From Coleofasciculus sp. B1-GNL1-01 (GTDB lineage Bacteria > Cyanobacteriota > Cyanobacteriia > Cyanobacteriales > Coleofasciculaceae), in assembly GCA_040220235.1 (NCBI GenBank), contig JAVJTO010000103.1: a stretch of 37,210 nucleotides of DNA. One strand, 5' to 3'. How positions within the stretch are numbered: the first letter of the stretch is position 1; every line of letters begins with the position of its first letter. The position numbers and the translations under genes were made by a program. Below, piece after piece: positions 1 to 9,211 of the stretch. The notes under the pieces are model-generated. The model did not search any database, was not told the DNA's origin, and was given only the letters and a program-made list of their open reading frames with translations.

Positions 1-355
1 CTCCATTAATTTGGAGATAGCCGCCAGTTAGGTGGTGTTAGCTTGTGGACTGGTTGAGTGCCGACACCGCCAGGATGAAGCAGGAAGTAAGTTCCAGGGA
101 TGTCCATTTGTGGGTAGCTTTGGGTAAGTCTTATGTAACGGTAATGCTTGCTTCCGAATAACGATGGCTATGATAGATAGGCGTACTATACAGCAAAATA
201 TGATAGTACAGGCTACTGTTTTATGATGCCACCGTCGCTTATTTTCCCAAAAGCAGGGGTTACCGATCAAGTTTGACTTGGATGGATGACCGTTTAGTTG
301 AGGGGTTTCACCCCTATTTACGTTGCTGAGTTGACAAATTAATCTTGAAGAAGAG

Positions 356-405
356 AAAAAAAAGAGCCTACGATTGGCTCTCTCGATTATCAGGGTGCAT
401 CTACA
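356..405 (-). ncRNA. NsiR1-like small RNA, copy 1 (~50 nt)
   Basis: Minus strand reads TGCTATACT (extended -10, TATACT at 412-417), then TGTAGATGCACCCTGA, then a GAGAGCC/GGCTCTT hairpin and U8. The GATGCACCCTGA 5' core matches NsiR1 as I recall it. Confidence 0.7.
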
Positions 406-480
406 TAACACAGTATAGCATTTGGGGGGTGAGGGGTGTCACCCCCTATTTAAATCAGTTGGGGCGACATTCAGACAAAT

Positions 481-536
481 AAAAAAGGAGAGCCCTAAAA
501 TTAGGCGACTCTCCCGATCATCAGGGTGCATCTACA
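481..536 (-). ncRNA. NsiR1-like small RNA, copy 2 (~56 nt)
   Basis: The 31-nt promoter/5' block (521-551) is identical to 390-420, offset 131 bp. It has a different GGAGAG/CTCTCC terminator hairpin plus U6. Confidence 0.7.
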
Positions 537-698
537 TAACACAGTATAGCACTGTGGGGGTGGGGGGTGTCACCCCCTATTTGATTTTTTTGATGAAGTT
601 CTGTTCCAATACGGCTGGCGGCGAACTCTAGTTTAGATTTTTATCCCCCAGTTCCCTCAGCTTCCAGAAGTGCCATGGTACGTCTCTACATGTTCCCT

Positions 699-1592
699 TT
701 AATGGTATTTGAGCGCCTTTTTCACCAAGTCAGGAATTCGGGACGGATACTCCGCTACAGGAATATTTGCCTGGGTGAACGCCGCCACCTTATGTTGAGC
801 GGTTGTCGTATTCGCGATCGGTCCTGATAATTGAGCGGCGATAATGGCACTGGTATCCCCGACTTGTTTGTCTTCAGGGGTATATTGTCCAGCAACATAA
901 GCAATAACGGGTTTCTCTATGGCTTGGGCAATAAACTCTGCGGTTTCATCTTCACTATCGCCCCCCGTCTGATCCACTAAGACAATCGCTTCTGTCCGTT
1001 TATCCTGGGCTAAAATCTCCAGCCACTGGCGAAATGACGAGGCAATAATGGCTTCACTACCGAGATTCACAGCAATGGATTGCCCAAGTTTAGCTTGGGT
1101 TAACGCCAAAGCCACTTCATAGGTGAGAGTACTGACCCGGCTAATCACACCAATTGTACCGGGCGTATAAAATTCACACTCTTGAGTCCCCAGTAACAGT
1201 TTTCCTGGCACAATAATACCGGAACTACTCGGTCCCACAATCAGGGTTTCGCTGGCTTGAGCTTTGGCTAGCAAGTGAATCATATCCAGAGGTGGAATAC
1301 CACCCGTCACTAGAATAATGGGTGATAATCCAGCATCAATTGCTTCTAACGCGGCATCCAAGGCACTGTAGGATTCGGCAAAAATAACCGTGGCGTCGCA
1401 AGATCCAGCTTCGGACAGCGCCTCTTCTACGAGGTCAAAGACGGGAATACCATGCAATGTCTGACCCCCCTGACCTGCACTAACCCCAGCCACTAGATTC
1501 GTACCATACGCTTTCATACGGGCGGCATAATAGGAACCGATGGGTTGGGTAATGCCCTGGACTAATATTTTCATATCTGGCGTGAATTTCAT
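699..1592 (-). CDS. sucD: Succinyl-CoA ligase alpha subunit-like (divergent; catalytic His replaced)
   Basis: ILVQGIT, YGTNLVAGV, SRVSTLTYE, GQSIAV motifs. ATG at 1592 preferred over TTG at 1610. Confidence 0.85.
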   Translation of the reverse strand: MKFTPDMKILVQGITQPIGSYYAARMKAYGTNLVAGVSAGQGGQTLHGIPVFDLVEEALSEAGSCDATVIFAESYSALDAALEAIDAGLSPIILVTGGIPPLDMIHLLAKAQASETLIVGPSSSGIIVPGKLLLGTQECEFYTPGTIGVISRVSTLTYEVALALTQAKLGQSIAVNLGSEAIIASSFRQWLEILAQDKRTEAIVLVDQTGGDSEDETAEFIAQAIEKPVIAYVAGQYTPEDKQVGDTSAIIAAQLSGPIANTTTAQHKVAAFTQANIPVAEYPSRIPDLVKKALKYH

Positions 1593-1753
1593 AGGCGCTG
1601 ACTTCAGCAATGTAGTAGATGCTTGCGATTAACACGATCAGTCGAGGTTTGGCACAAGCGAATAACTAGAATAACTATAGGATACCTACCGTAACTGATG
1701 CCGCAGAATTATCGTCCTCACAATCATGTCCGCCTAGGGAAGCGAAGGATCAG

Positions 1754-1814
1754 TTAGGGCGGGTTGAGTCATAGTGGAGTGGAAAAAACGATAACCGTAA
1801 AACCCGCCCCTACA
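1754..1814. repeat. REP-like inverted pair (GGGCGGGTT ... AACCCGCCCCTAC)
   Basis: Same family at about 20705-20762, 25491-25558, 28218-28232 and 28396-28456. Confidence 0.75.
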
Positions 1815-1828
1815 GACTCACCACTTTT

Positions 1829-3082
1829 TCAACCTGCCAAAGAAATCGCTTGTGCCACTGCCTGATCCAAGGTATCCATCCAGTGTACTGGGAGTGCCGC
1901 TAAACGGTTTTGGCTACTGTCTATTTTGCCGTTGACTAAACGAATGACCAAGTGAGGTACATCTGTCCTCGATGCAGATTTCGATGTGAGATTCCGGCGG
2001 CGACGATCGCGTGAATCACGGGAATTCGATTTGCCTGTCTTTGGTGTTTGGGCATAGTCTACTACACTGATTTCAGCATTTTGATCCCCTTTCGATAGTA
2101 GATAACTGGCGATTACATCAGCCACAGCTTCACTCGCCGCCGCGTTGCTCAAAATATTGACTAAGACAACTTGGATATTTTGAGTGTCCGTCAATTGCTG
2201 CAAGGCATTTTGTAACTGTTGGACGGGAGAGGCGGCGGACGGGACATCCCAACTGGCATAACCGTCTACAATTAAACAGCTTGCTGGCTTACCTTTAGCT
2301 TTGTACACTAAATCCAATGTGGCGGCAGCAAGGCAAGGACTGTTACATAGAATCCCAATATTTCCTTGACTATCTGTCCATTGGAGATCCGTTGGCTGAT
2401 CGGCGGGTTGGGGAGTGTGGGTGAGGCTTGATGCGAGGTTTGCCAACTCTGATTGGCGTCCCAAAGCGTGATCATTGACCGCAATTTTGCCATCTAGCGC
2501 CATGACTTCATGGCTAGCACTGACGCCAAGGGGATTAATTTCCACTAAATCTAGGTCTTTTTGGATCAGAAGTTGATACATTTTCTGGACAATATCGCTG
2601 ACTGATTCAATCAGATGACCTTGAAGTCCCATTTTGAAGGCTAGACGTCGGGCGTAAAAGGGAGAGAAGTCGTCCTCTACAACAACTCGCTGCATCTGTG
2701 CCATGACGTTTTCTACATGGATACCACCTTGGCAGGAACCCAACAAAACAGGGCGTCTTAAGGTGTAGTCGAGGATAACCGCTAGATAGAATTCTTGTTC
2801 AGCATCATAATGGGATTCCGCTAGCAGCACGTTGGGATATTTACCGAGAATGGATAGATTAAAAATAGCCCGTGCGATGGCGATCGCGTCAATTGTATTT
2901 TCCACTGTCCGGATACCACCGGCTCTACCCCGCCCGCCTTTGGGGACTTGGGATTTGAGAACCACGGGATAGGGAATGTCTAACTGCTTGAGATCTCTGG
3001 GATGGTCGATGCATTGAGAGGGCAAGACGGGAATGCCGATCTCGCGGAATAAGGATTTGGCTTGGTACTCTAGTAAGTCCAT
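1829..3082 (-). CDS. sucC: Succinyl-CoA ligase beta subunit-like (ATP-grasp)
   Basis: MDLLEYQAK, VVLKSQVPKGGRGRAGG, EINPL, ALDGK; directly upstream of sucD. Confidence 0.9.
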   Translation of the reverse strand: MDLLEYQAKSLFREIGIPVLPSQCIDHPRDLKQLDIPYPVVLKSQVPKGGRGRAGGIRTVENTIDAIAIARAIFNLSILGKYPNVLLAESHYDAEQEFYLAVILDYTLRRPVLLGSCQGGIHVENVMAQMQRVVVEDDFSPFYARRLAFKMGLQGHLIESVSDIVQKMYQLLIQKDLDLVEINPLGVSASHEVMALDGKIAVNDHALGRQSELANLASSLTHTPQPADQPTDLQWTDSQGNIGILCNSPCLAAATLDLVYKAKGKPASCLIVDGYASWDVPSAASPVQQLQNALQQLTDTQNIQVVLVNILSNAAASEAVADVIASYLLSKGDQNAEISVVDYAQTPKTGKSNSRDSRDRRRRNLTSKSASRTDVPHLVIRLVNGKIDSSQNRLAALPVHWMDTLDQAVAQAISLAG

Positions 3083-3373
3083 GAATTTAGATGCTCAGCT
3101 AAGGGGGTCTTCTTAAAGGGTAAGAACTCTTAGCCTTTAACGTTACAAAAACCTGACTCCAACAGCCACTCATTCACCCTGATGGTTGCTCAATCTGTCT
3201 GAAGTGATTGAGATTGCCAATTAATATGATAAAGTGTTCCTATCAGTTTTGCTCAACCACCACCTCTATAGGGTATCGTGAAAATGGGCAGTCGGGCATC
3301 GCCGCTGAAAATGCAATTGGTATAATTTTACTCAACTACTGCCTTTTAGATTTCCTAATTTATAATTCATACT

Positions 3374-4069
3374 GTGTTCCCCATTAGTGATGATAATCCC
3401 ACGCGCATTACTCCTTATGTAACCTACGCGCTCATTGCTGCAAATATTGCGGTTTTTATCCATCAATTACTTTTAACACCACCCCAGCTTAATGCATTTT
3501 TCCACCTGTATGCGGTTGTCCCCAAAGAGTTAAGCGCTAGCTTTGAGGGGATTTCGGTCAATCAACCCGTGCCAGAATGGTTTACCTTGATCAGTTCTCA
3601 GTTTCTTCATGGGGGATTTTTGCATATTGGCGGAAATATGTTGTTTTTATGGATTTTTGGCAACAACATTGAAGAGCGCCTGGGTCATATTAAGTACTTC
3701 ATCTTTTACATTGCTTGTGGTATATTGGCGGCTCTGTCCCAGTGGTTTTTCTCTATGGAATCCGGGATTCCATCCCTAGGAGCGAGTGGTGCGATCGCGG
3801 GCGTGATGGGCGCTTATATTCTCAAGTTTCCTACGGCTCAAATCAATACCTTAATCTTTTTAGGGTATTTCGTGACCACCATTCGATTACCTGCTGTTTT
3901 ATACTTAGGATTATGGTTTGTCCAACAAGCGTTTAGTGGCGTAGCGAGTGTCAGCGTGCAAACGGATGTAGGAACGGAAACCGGAGGAATTGCTTACTGG
4001 GCGCATGCTGGCGGTTTTGTGTTCGGAGCCATCCTGGGTCCTTTATTTGGATTATTGTCTGAAGATTAA
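3374..4069 (+). CDS. Rhomboid family intramembrane serine protease
   Basis: HxxxxHxxxNM, GASG (catalytic Ser), WAHAGG (catalytic His); multiple TM segments. Confidence 0.95.
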   Translation: MFPISDDNPTRITPYVTYALIAANIAVFIHQLLLTPPQLNAFFHLYAVVPKELSASFEGISVNQPVPEWFTLISSQFLHGGFLHIGGNMLFLWIFGNNIEERLGHIKYFIFYIACGILAALSQWFFSMESGIPSLGASGAIAGVMGAYILKFPTAQINTLIFLGYFVTTIRLPAVLYLGLWFVQQAFSGVASVSVQTDVGTETGGIAYWAHAGGFVFGAILGPLFGLLSED

Positions 4070-4077
4070 TTGTTATT

Positions 4078-4182
4078 TGTCATTCGTCATACTCGCTTCG
4101 CGAGAAGCAAGCTACGTCATTCGTCATACTCAAGGGAGCGCCAAACCAGCTACATCATACTCGCTGCGCGAAAAGCAAGCTA
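4078..4182. repeat. Three 24-25 nt ACTC...AGCTA units embedded in CGTCAT/heptamer repeats
   Basis: Units at 4091-4114, 4128-4152 and 4159-4182; the first and third differ at 2 positions. Confidence 0.7.
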
Positions 4183-4291
4183 AATCTTACCTAAAGGTTT
4201 GAGGACTATTTCCATAAGTTGATATAATTAGGTTTGTATCTATCAACCTACTTAAAAATTAATTGTTTATTTTTCAGGGAGAAAGAGGCTT

Positions 4292-5023
4292 GTGGTTCCA
4301 TTACGGGATGAAAATCCAATCAAAATTACGCCATACATTACTTATACGTTAATTGCAATTAATGTCTTAGTTTTTATTTTCGAGCTAACATTAAATCCTC
4401 AACAACTGGATGTATTTTTCCACCTATTTGCCGTTGTCCCGAAGGAACTGACAGCGAGTTTAAACGGAATTACAGTACATCAGCCAATACCTGAACCGCT
4501 GACGTTAATCACTGCCCAGTTCCTCCATGCAGGGTTTACCCATGTGGGATTCAATATGTTATTTCTCTGGATTTTTGGCAATAATATTGAAGAAGAACTG
4601 GGTCGGTTCAAGTTTGTGATATTTTATCTAACCTGTGGCGTATTAGCCAGTTTAGCCCAGTGGTTTTTCTCCGCCCAGTCGGGGATTCCGTCTCTGGGTG
4701 CCAGTGGTGCGATCGCGGGCGTAATGGGTGCTTATATTCTTAAGTTTCCCAATGCTAAAGTGGTTACATTAATTCCCCTGGGCTTCTTTTTTACTACGCT
4801 AAGATTACCATCTGTATTTTTTCTGGGATTTTGGTTTTTACAGCAAGCATTTAATGGATTAGCCATGTTAGAAGCCCCAGCCAATGTGGGAATGGAAAAT
4901 GGGGGTATTGCTTACTGGGCGCACGCTGGCGGGTTTATCTTTGGTGCTATACTGGGTCCGTTGTTAGGATTATTCTCTGAGGATACGAAACCATCATTTT
5001 GGGATTCTCAGAATCTTTCTTGA
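4292..5023 (+). CDS. Rhomboid family intramembrane serine protease (tandem paralog)
   Basis: Same GASG and WAHAGG motifs; highly similar to 3374-4069. Confidence 0.95.
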   Translation: MVPLRDENPIKITPYITYTLIAINVLVFIFELTLNPQQLDVFFHLFAVVPKELTASLNGITVHQPIPEPLTLITAQFLHAGFTHVGFNMLFLWIFGNNIEEELGRFKFVIFYLTCGVLASLAQWFFSAQSGIPSLGASGAIAGVMGAYILKFPNAKVVTLIPLGFFFTTLRLPSVFFLGFWFLQQAFNGLAMLEAPANVGMENGGIAYWAHAGGFIFGAILGPLLGLFSEDTKPSFWDSQNLS

Positions 5024-5056
5024 ACCCTGAGATAACTACAATTAAATACAATAGTC

Positions 5057-6046
5057 ATGATTGAGTTCGTCAAAGAAGTGTTTTATTCACTTCCGGAATC
5101 GGTCAAGGAAATAATTAACCTAGGTATTCCTCTATTTGACAGCGCCCACAATTTTTACTGGATTTATATTTTATTCAGTTTAATTCTGCTTTTGGGATTA
5201 TACCGAATCTCTCATCCCAATCCTGTAAAATTTTCTTGGCGAGGTTTACTGAGTTACTGTTTCCCTCACTCAATTTACACTCACAAATCGGCAATCTTAG
5301 ACTATCAGTGTTATTTCATTAATGGGCTGATAAAAATCCTTATCCGTCTGACGCTACTAATTAGTGTAACGGAAATAGTAGCCAAACTGACCACTCAATC
5401 CTTTTACGGAATTTTCAGGGAACCGAGAATAGAACCGGACGTAAATTTTGCCGCTAAACTCGCTTATACAATTGCCGTCGTTTTCGCCATAGATTTGGGC
5501 TATTTTTTGGCGCACTACTTGTTACATAAAGTTCCCCTTCTTTGGGAATTCCATAAAACTCATCACTCAGCCCAAGTGCTAACCCCTGTCACCGCTAAGC
5601 GAGATCACCCCGTCGATGATATGATCATTTATACCTGCAAAGCCTGTTTGCTGGGGTTGGTCACGGGTCTATTCCAATATACGTTCAAGGGTGAGGTTGA
5701 ACCTTTCACGATAACAGGTGTCAGTGTGATTATTTATCTATTCCATCTGACTTCCAATCTTCGCCATTTCCATGTTTGGATTTCTTATGGTTGGCATCTG
5801 AATCATATCCTAGTTAGTCCAGCGATGCATCAGATTCATCATAGTCAATTAGAGAAACACTATGATAAAAACTTCGGATTAATCTTTTCAATTTGGGACT
5901 ATCTAGCCGGAACGCTTTATGTTCCCAAAGAACCGGAAAGTTTTTCGGTGGGATTGGTAGAGGAAGAGTTCAACAATGTTTGGCAATTATATTTTTCCCC
6001 GTTTAGTCGAGTGACTAAAATAGTGGGGATAAGCAATAGGCAATAA
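5057..6046 (+). CDS. Sterol desaturase / fatty acid hydroxylase family membrane di-iron enzyme
   Basis: His boxes HYLLH, HKTHH, HQIHH; NFG..IWD motif. Confidence 0.9.
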   Translation: MIEFVKEVFYSLPESVKEIINLGIPLFDSAHNFYWIYILFSLILLLGLYRISHPNPVKFSWRGLLSYCFPHSIYTHKSAILDYQCYFINGLIKILIRLTLLISVTEIVAKLTTQSFYGIFREPRIEPDVNFAAKLAYTIAVVFAIDLGYFLAHYLLHKVPLLWEFHKTHHSAQVLTPVTAKRDHPVDDMIIYTCKACLLGLVTGLFQYTFKGEVEPFTITGVSVIIYLFHLTSNLRHFHVWISYGWHLNHILVSPAMHQIHHSQLEKHYDKNFGLIFSIWDYLAGTLYVPKEPESFSVGLVEEEFNNVWQLYFSPFSRVTKIVGISNRQ

Positions 6047-6136
6047 GTAATAGGCAATAGGCAATAGGCAATAGGCCATAGGCCATAGGCAATAGGCAAT
6101 AGGCCATAGTAATAGGTAATAGGTAATAGCAATAGT
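6033..6136. repeat. STRR-type heptamer array (GCAATAG/GCCATAG/GTAATAG)
   Basis: Roughly 14 tandem 7-mers overlapping the desaturase stop codon. Confidence 0.9.
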
Positions 6137-6263
6137 AAATTAAGCCCTCAACTCAAGTTGGGGCTAAAAGCTTAAACCCGTTAAAATGGGTTCGAGGATT
6201 TACCTGGTAAGCTCAATGCTTACTTGAGCTTTGACAGATAAATTTATTTCCTTTATTTCCTGA

Positions 6264-6503
6264 CTAAGTAGTCGGACAAAAGAAAACGGCACGCTTATTA
6301 ATTTTTGTAAATCGCCCTCAAACCCTTACTGTTCCCTGTGACACATCGAGCCTGTTACCGAGCGAAGCGTTCGACGGCTCGACTGAGCGCTCGCCGAAGT
6401 CTGAGCGCTCACGCCGAAGTCCGAGGTAAGCCGAGGTAAGTCGAGGTGTTCCCTGTTCCTTCCTGATCTCAACCGTTAACTTTAATTGTGTCCACCTACT
6501 TAG
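6264..6503. mobile_element. MITE-like element with nested small repeats
   Basis: Imperfect TIRs CTAAGTAGTCGGACAAAAGAAAA / reverse complement CTAAGTAGGTGGACACAATTAAA. Internal TGTTCCC repeats are interrupted by GC-rich CTGAGCGCTC..GCCGAAGTC and CGAGGTAAG duplications (6345-6448). Confidence 0.65.
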
Positions 6504-6533
6504 CAGAGTATCAGATCTGAGGATAAGCTTATT

Positions 6534-6575
6534 GTAGTGATTTATACTCTATCAATTCTTAAATCTAGATAAATT
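6534..6575 (+). promoter_or_regulatory. Canonical NtcA-activated promoter
   Basis: GTA-GTGATTTA-TAC (6534-6547), 22 nt spacer, TAAATT (6570-6575) = GTA-N8-TAC-N22-TAN3T, upstream of the ORF at 6701. Confidence 0.65.
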
Positions 6576-6700
6576 TTTGCAGGATAATATAGGTTGAAAA
6601 GAGTTATAAAATCAGTAGTTTAAGAAGCAATTCGCCCTAGAACCCTCCGATACTATAGATATGGATGTGATTAGTTAGCACTAAGAAAAGGACACCATCA

Positions 6701-7861
6701 ATGTCACTGAGTCAATTTTCAATTATAGAAACGACACTACGGGAAGGAGAACAATTTGGTGATGCCAACTTTTCATCACAGGATAGAGTAGAAATTGCCC
6801 AGGCGCTTGACCAGTTCGGCGTTGAATATATTGAAGTAACCTCCCCTTGTGCTTCACCGCAATCCCGTCAAGATTGTCAGCATTTAGCTCAATTGAGTTT
6901 ACACGCCAAAGTGCTGACTCATATTCGCTGTCATTTAGACGATGCAAAAGTAGCATTAGATACAGGCGTAAACGGGATTAATCTGTTCTTTGGTACGTCC
7001 CGTTTTCTGCGCCAGTTTGGTCATGGTAAAAGTATTAATCAAATTCTTGATTTGGCAGCAGACGTTATTACCTTTATCCATGAACAAAGTCCGGAAACAG
7101 AATTGCGCTTCTCTACAGAAGATTCCTTTCGCAGTTCCCTTCCCGATTTGCTCCAGATTTATTGTGCCATCGATAAACTCGGAATCGTCAATCGTTTTGG
7201 TTTAGCGGATACCGTGGGTGTCGCGACTCCGAATCAAGTCTTTAATTTAGTCCAGACACTGCGTCAACATACAAGTACCGATATTGAATTCCATGGTCAT
7301 AATGACACAGGTTGTGCGATCGCGAATAGCTACGCCGCCCTAGAAGCAGGTGCAACTCATATCGATACCACAGTCTTGGGAATTGGGGAACGGAATGGGA
7401 TCACCCCTCTGGCTGGACTTATCGCCCGTCTCTACACGGTTGATCCCGAACAATTGCAGGGGAAATATCGCCTACCCCACCTTTTAGCACTGCATCAACT
7501 TATCGCCGATAAAATAGGTATGGCAATTCCAGCTAACCATTATATTATCGGTTCAGCCGCATTTAACCATAAGGCGGGGGTTCATGCCAAAGCCATGCTG
7601 AATAATCCTCAGACTTACGAATCCCTTAATCCCAGTGATTTTGGACTATCCCGTTCCTTTTTAATTAATCATAAACTCACAGGACGCCATGCGATCGCCA
7701 ATCGCGCTAGTCAACTGGGATTAGACTTCGACCCCTTCCAAATTCAGGCAATAACTCACACGATTAAAGCCTTGGCTGACCAACAACCACTGACGCTAGA
7801 GACGGTCGATGAAATATTGCGTTCTACTTTCCCACTGGAACAGAGTCAAAATCCGGCTTAA
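6701..7861 (+). CDS. Homocitrate synthase, fungal Lys20/Thermus type (DRE-TIM)
   Basis: [60 protein letters not shown] are close to yeast Lys20/21 motifs. Confidence 0.85.
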   Translation: MSLSQFSIIETTLREGEQFGDANFSSQDRVEIAQALDQFGVEYIEVTSPCASPQSRQDCQHLAQLSLHAKVLTHIRCHLDDAKVALDTGVNGINLFFGTSRFLRQFGHGKSINQILDLAADVITFIHEQSPETELRFSTEDSFRSSLPDLLQIYCAIDKLGIVNRFGLADTVGVATPNQVFNLVQTLRQHTSTDIEFHGHNDTGCAIANSYAALEAGATHIDTTVLGIGERNGITPLAGLIARLYTVDPEQLQGKYRLPHLLALHQLIADKIGMAIPANHYIIGSAAFNHKAGVHAKAMLNNPQTYESLNPSDFGLSRSFLINHKLTGRHAIANRASQLGLDFDPFQIQAITHTIKALADQQPLTLETVDEILRSTFPLEQSQNPA

Positions 7862-9065
7862 GGGTAGATTTTTCCTGCGTGATAACGGGTTCGATGTTAT
7901 AGGACTGATCATTTACAGCGTTGGCACGCTTAACCAAAAACGCTACTAACCAAGGGGCAATCATAATGATACTTAACATCCGGGTTAATTGCATCGCTAA
8001 TACCAATCCAGTGTCACCGCCTAACTGCATCACAGTAGCCACCATTGCCTCAATTCCTCCCGGTGTGAATCCTAAAATAGCCGTTGCCATGTCCACACCC
8101 GTGACGCAATGAAAGCCATAGCCAATCCCTAAACAGATGATAATTAACCCCGTGACTAATCCGATTTCAATTAAGACGGCTTTGAAGAGTTTACGGGCGG
8201 TTTGCCAGTCAAACTGGACGCCAACCGATAATCCAATTAGCAAGAGTCCACCGGCGAATAGAGGTTGAGGCATTTGTACTGGATTTGGCAATGCCCAAAA
8301 TGCGGCTAACCCTACCAGAAAAGGACCGAAAAATCCAGGGGAGGGTAGACGGAATCGCTTGCCTGCCCAAATTCCCAGGATACCGCACCCCGCTAGAATT
8401 AAAAGGCTCAATGCCAGAGGTAGGGTTGTCAAGGTGCTGGCTGGGGCGACAGTGGCGGTGACTAGCGTATCGGGGTTGGCGGGAACCAGCAGGATAGCCG
8501 CGCTAGGCATGATTAACACAACCAGCAAAACTCGGATATATTGAAGTAGAGCAACCGCGATCGCATCCGCTCCCATTTCTTCACTCATGACGACGATGCT
8601 GGATGCTGCACCCGGTATAAATCCGAGTAAACTGGTGGTGCGATCGATCCCAGCCCAACGACTTAAGAGATATCCATTAAATAGACTCAGACTCCCGGTG
8701 AGTAAAACACAGAGTAACAAAGGTACGGCGTAAGTTGTTGCCACACTAATGGTTTCTGGAGAAAAGCGAGTGGCTGTTACCAAACCGACAACAATTTGTC
8801 CGATGAGTTTAAAGCTTGAAGGTAAGGGTTGGCGGCTTCCTTGGCGAATGGCATAGCCTATTCCCACCAGCATCGGACCAAGCAGCCAACCGACGGGAAC
8901 ATGCAGCCAGCTAAAGAGTAAGCCAACGCCAATCGCTGCGATGATCTGCGGCGTAATTGTTTTGATCTGGGGCAATTTGTCAACGAGTTTCTTTCTCCAA
9001 TGATAAAGGCTGTCTTGATTGGGTATCGAGGGGGATTCCGGTAATGAGGAGAGTTGCCAAACCAC
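7824..9065 (-). CDS. AbrB (AidB regulator / putative ammonia monooxygenase) family membrane protein
   Basis: Duplicated hydrophobic halves with LLGPM/FFGPF, PGAAS/PGGIE and QYIR/QLTR; overlaps the HCS 3' end by 38 bp. Confidence 0.85.
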   Translation of the reverse strand: MVWQLSSLPESPSIPNQDSLYHWRKKLVDKLPQIKTITPQIIAAIGVGLLFSWLHVPVGWLLGPMLVGIGYAIRQGSRQPLPSSFKLIGQIVVGLVTATRFSPETISVATTYAVPLLLCVLLTGSLSLFNGYLLSRWAGIDRTTSLLGFIPGAASSIVVMSEEMGADAIAVALLQYIRVLLVVLIMPSAAILLVPANPDTLVTATVAPASTLTTLPLALSLLILAGCGILGIWAGKRFRLPSPGFFGPFLVGLAAFWALPNPVQMPQPLFAGGLLLIGLSVGVQFDWQTARKLFKAVLIEIGLVTGLIIICLGIGYGFHCVTGVDMATAILGFTPGGIEAMVATVMQLGGDTGLVLAMQLTRMLSIIMIAPWLVAFLVKRANAVNDQSYNIEPVITQEKSTLKPDFDSVPVGK

Positions 9066-9211
9066 AGAGATTAATAGAGTATAAAAAACTTAACATTTCT
9101 ATTCTATCATTTGTATCGATGAGGGTGTGGGGTGTGGAGGGTGGGGTATTTACGGTAATTTACGGTAGAGTTTCGGGCTGAAAGCAGGTGTAGGTTGGGT
9201 AGAGCGATCGC

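Larger units (their letters stand above)
300..578. promoter_or_regulatory. Three GGG-N5-CCC palindromes (HetR-box-like) centred at 308, 439 and 570
   Basis: GAGGGGTTTCACCCCT (300-315), GAGGGGTGTCACCCCCT (431-447) and GGGGGGTGTCACCCCCT (562-578), exactly 131 bp apart. The last two are centred at about -34 of the sRNA starts. Confidence 0.55.

Noticed and set aside
300..578. CRISPR array
   Set aside because: Only two full repeats at a 131-bp period, each with its own promoter and terminator; no cas genes.
28..631. ORFs 28-411(-) and 422-631(+)
   Set aside because: They run across the sRNA promoters, terminators and palindromes, with no protein-like features.
3374..5023. Rhomboids as sortases for the PEP-CTERM protein
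   Set aside because: PEP-CTERM is handled by exosortases, rhombosortases act on GlyGly-CTERM, and the genes are about 19 kb apart.
5917..6132. 71-aa ORF (LLPIAY repeats)
   Set aside because: Translation of the heptamer array.
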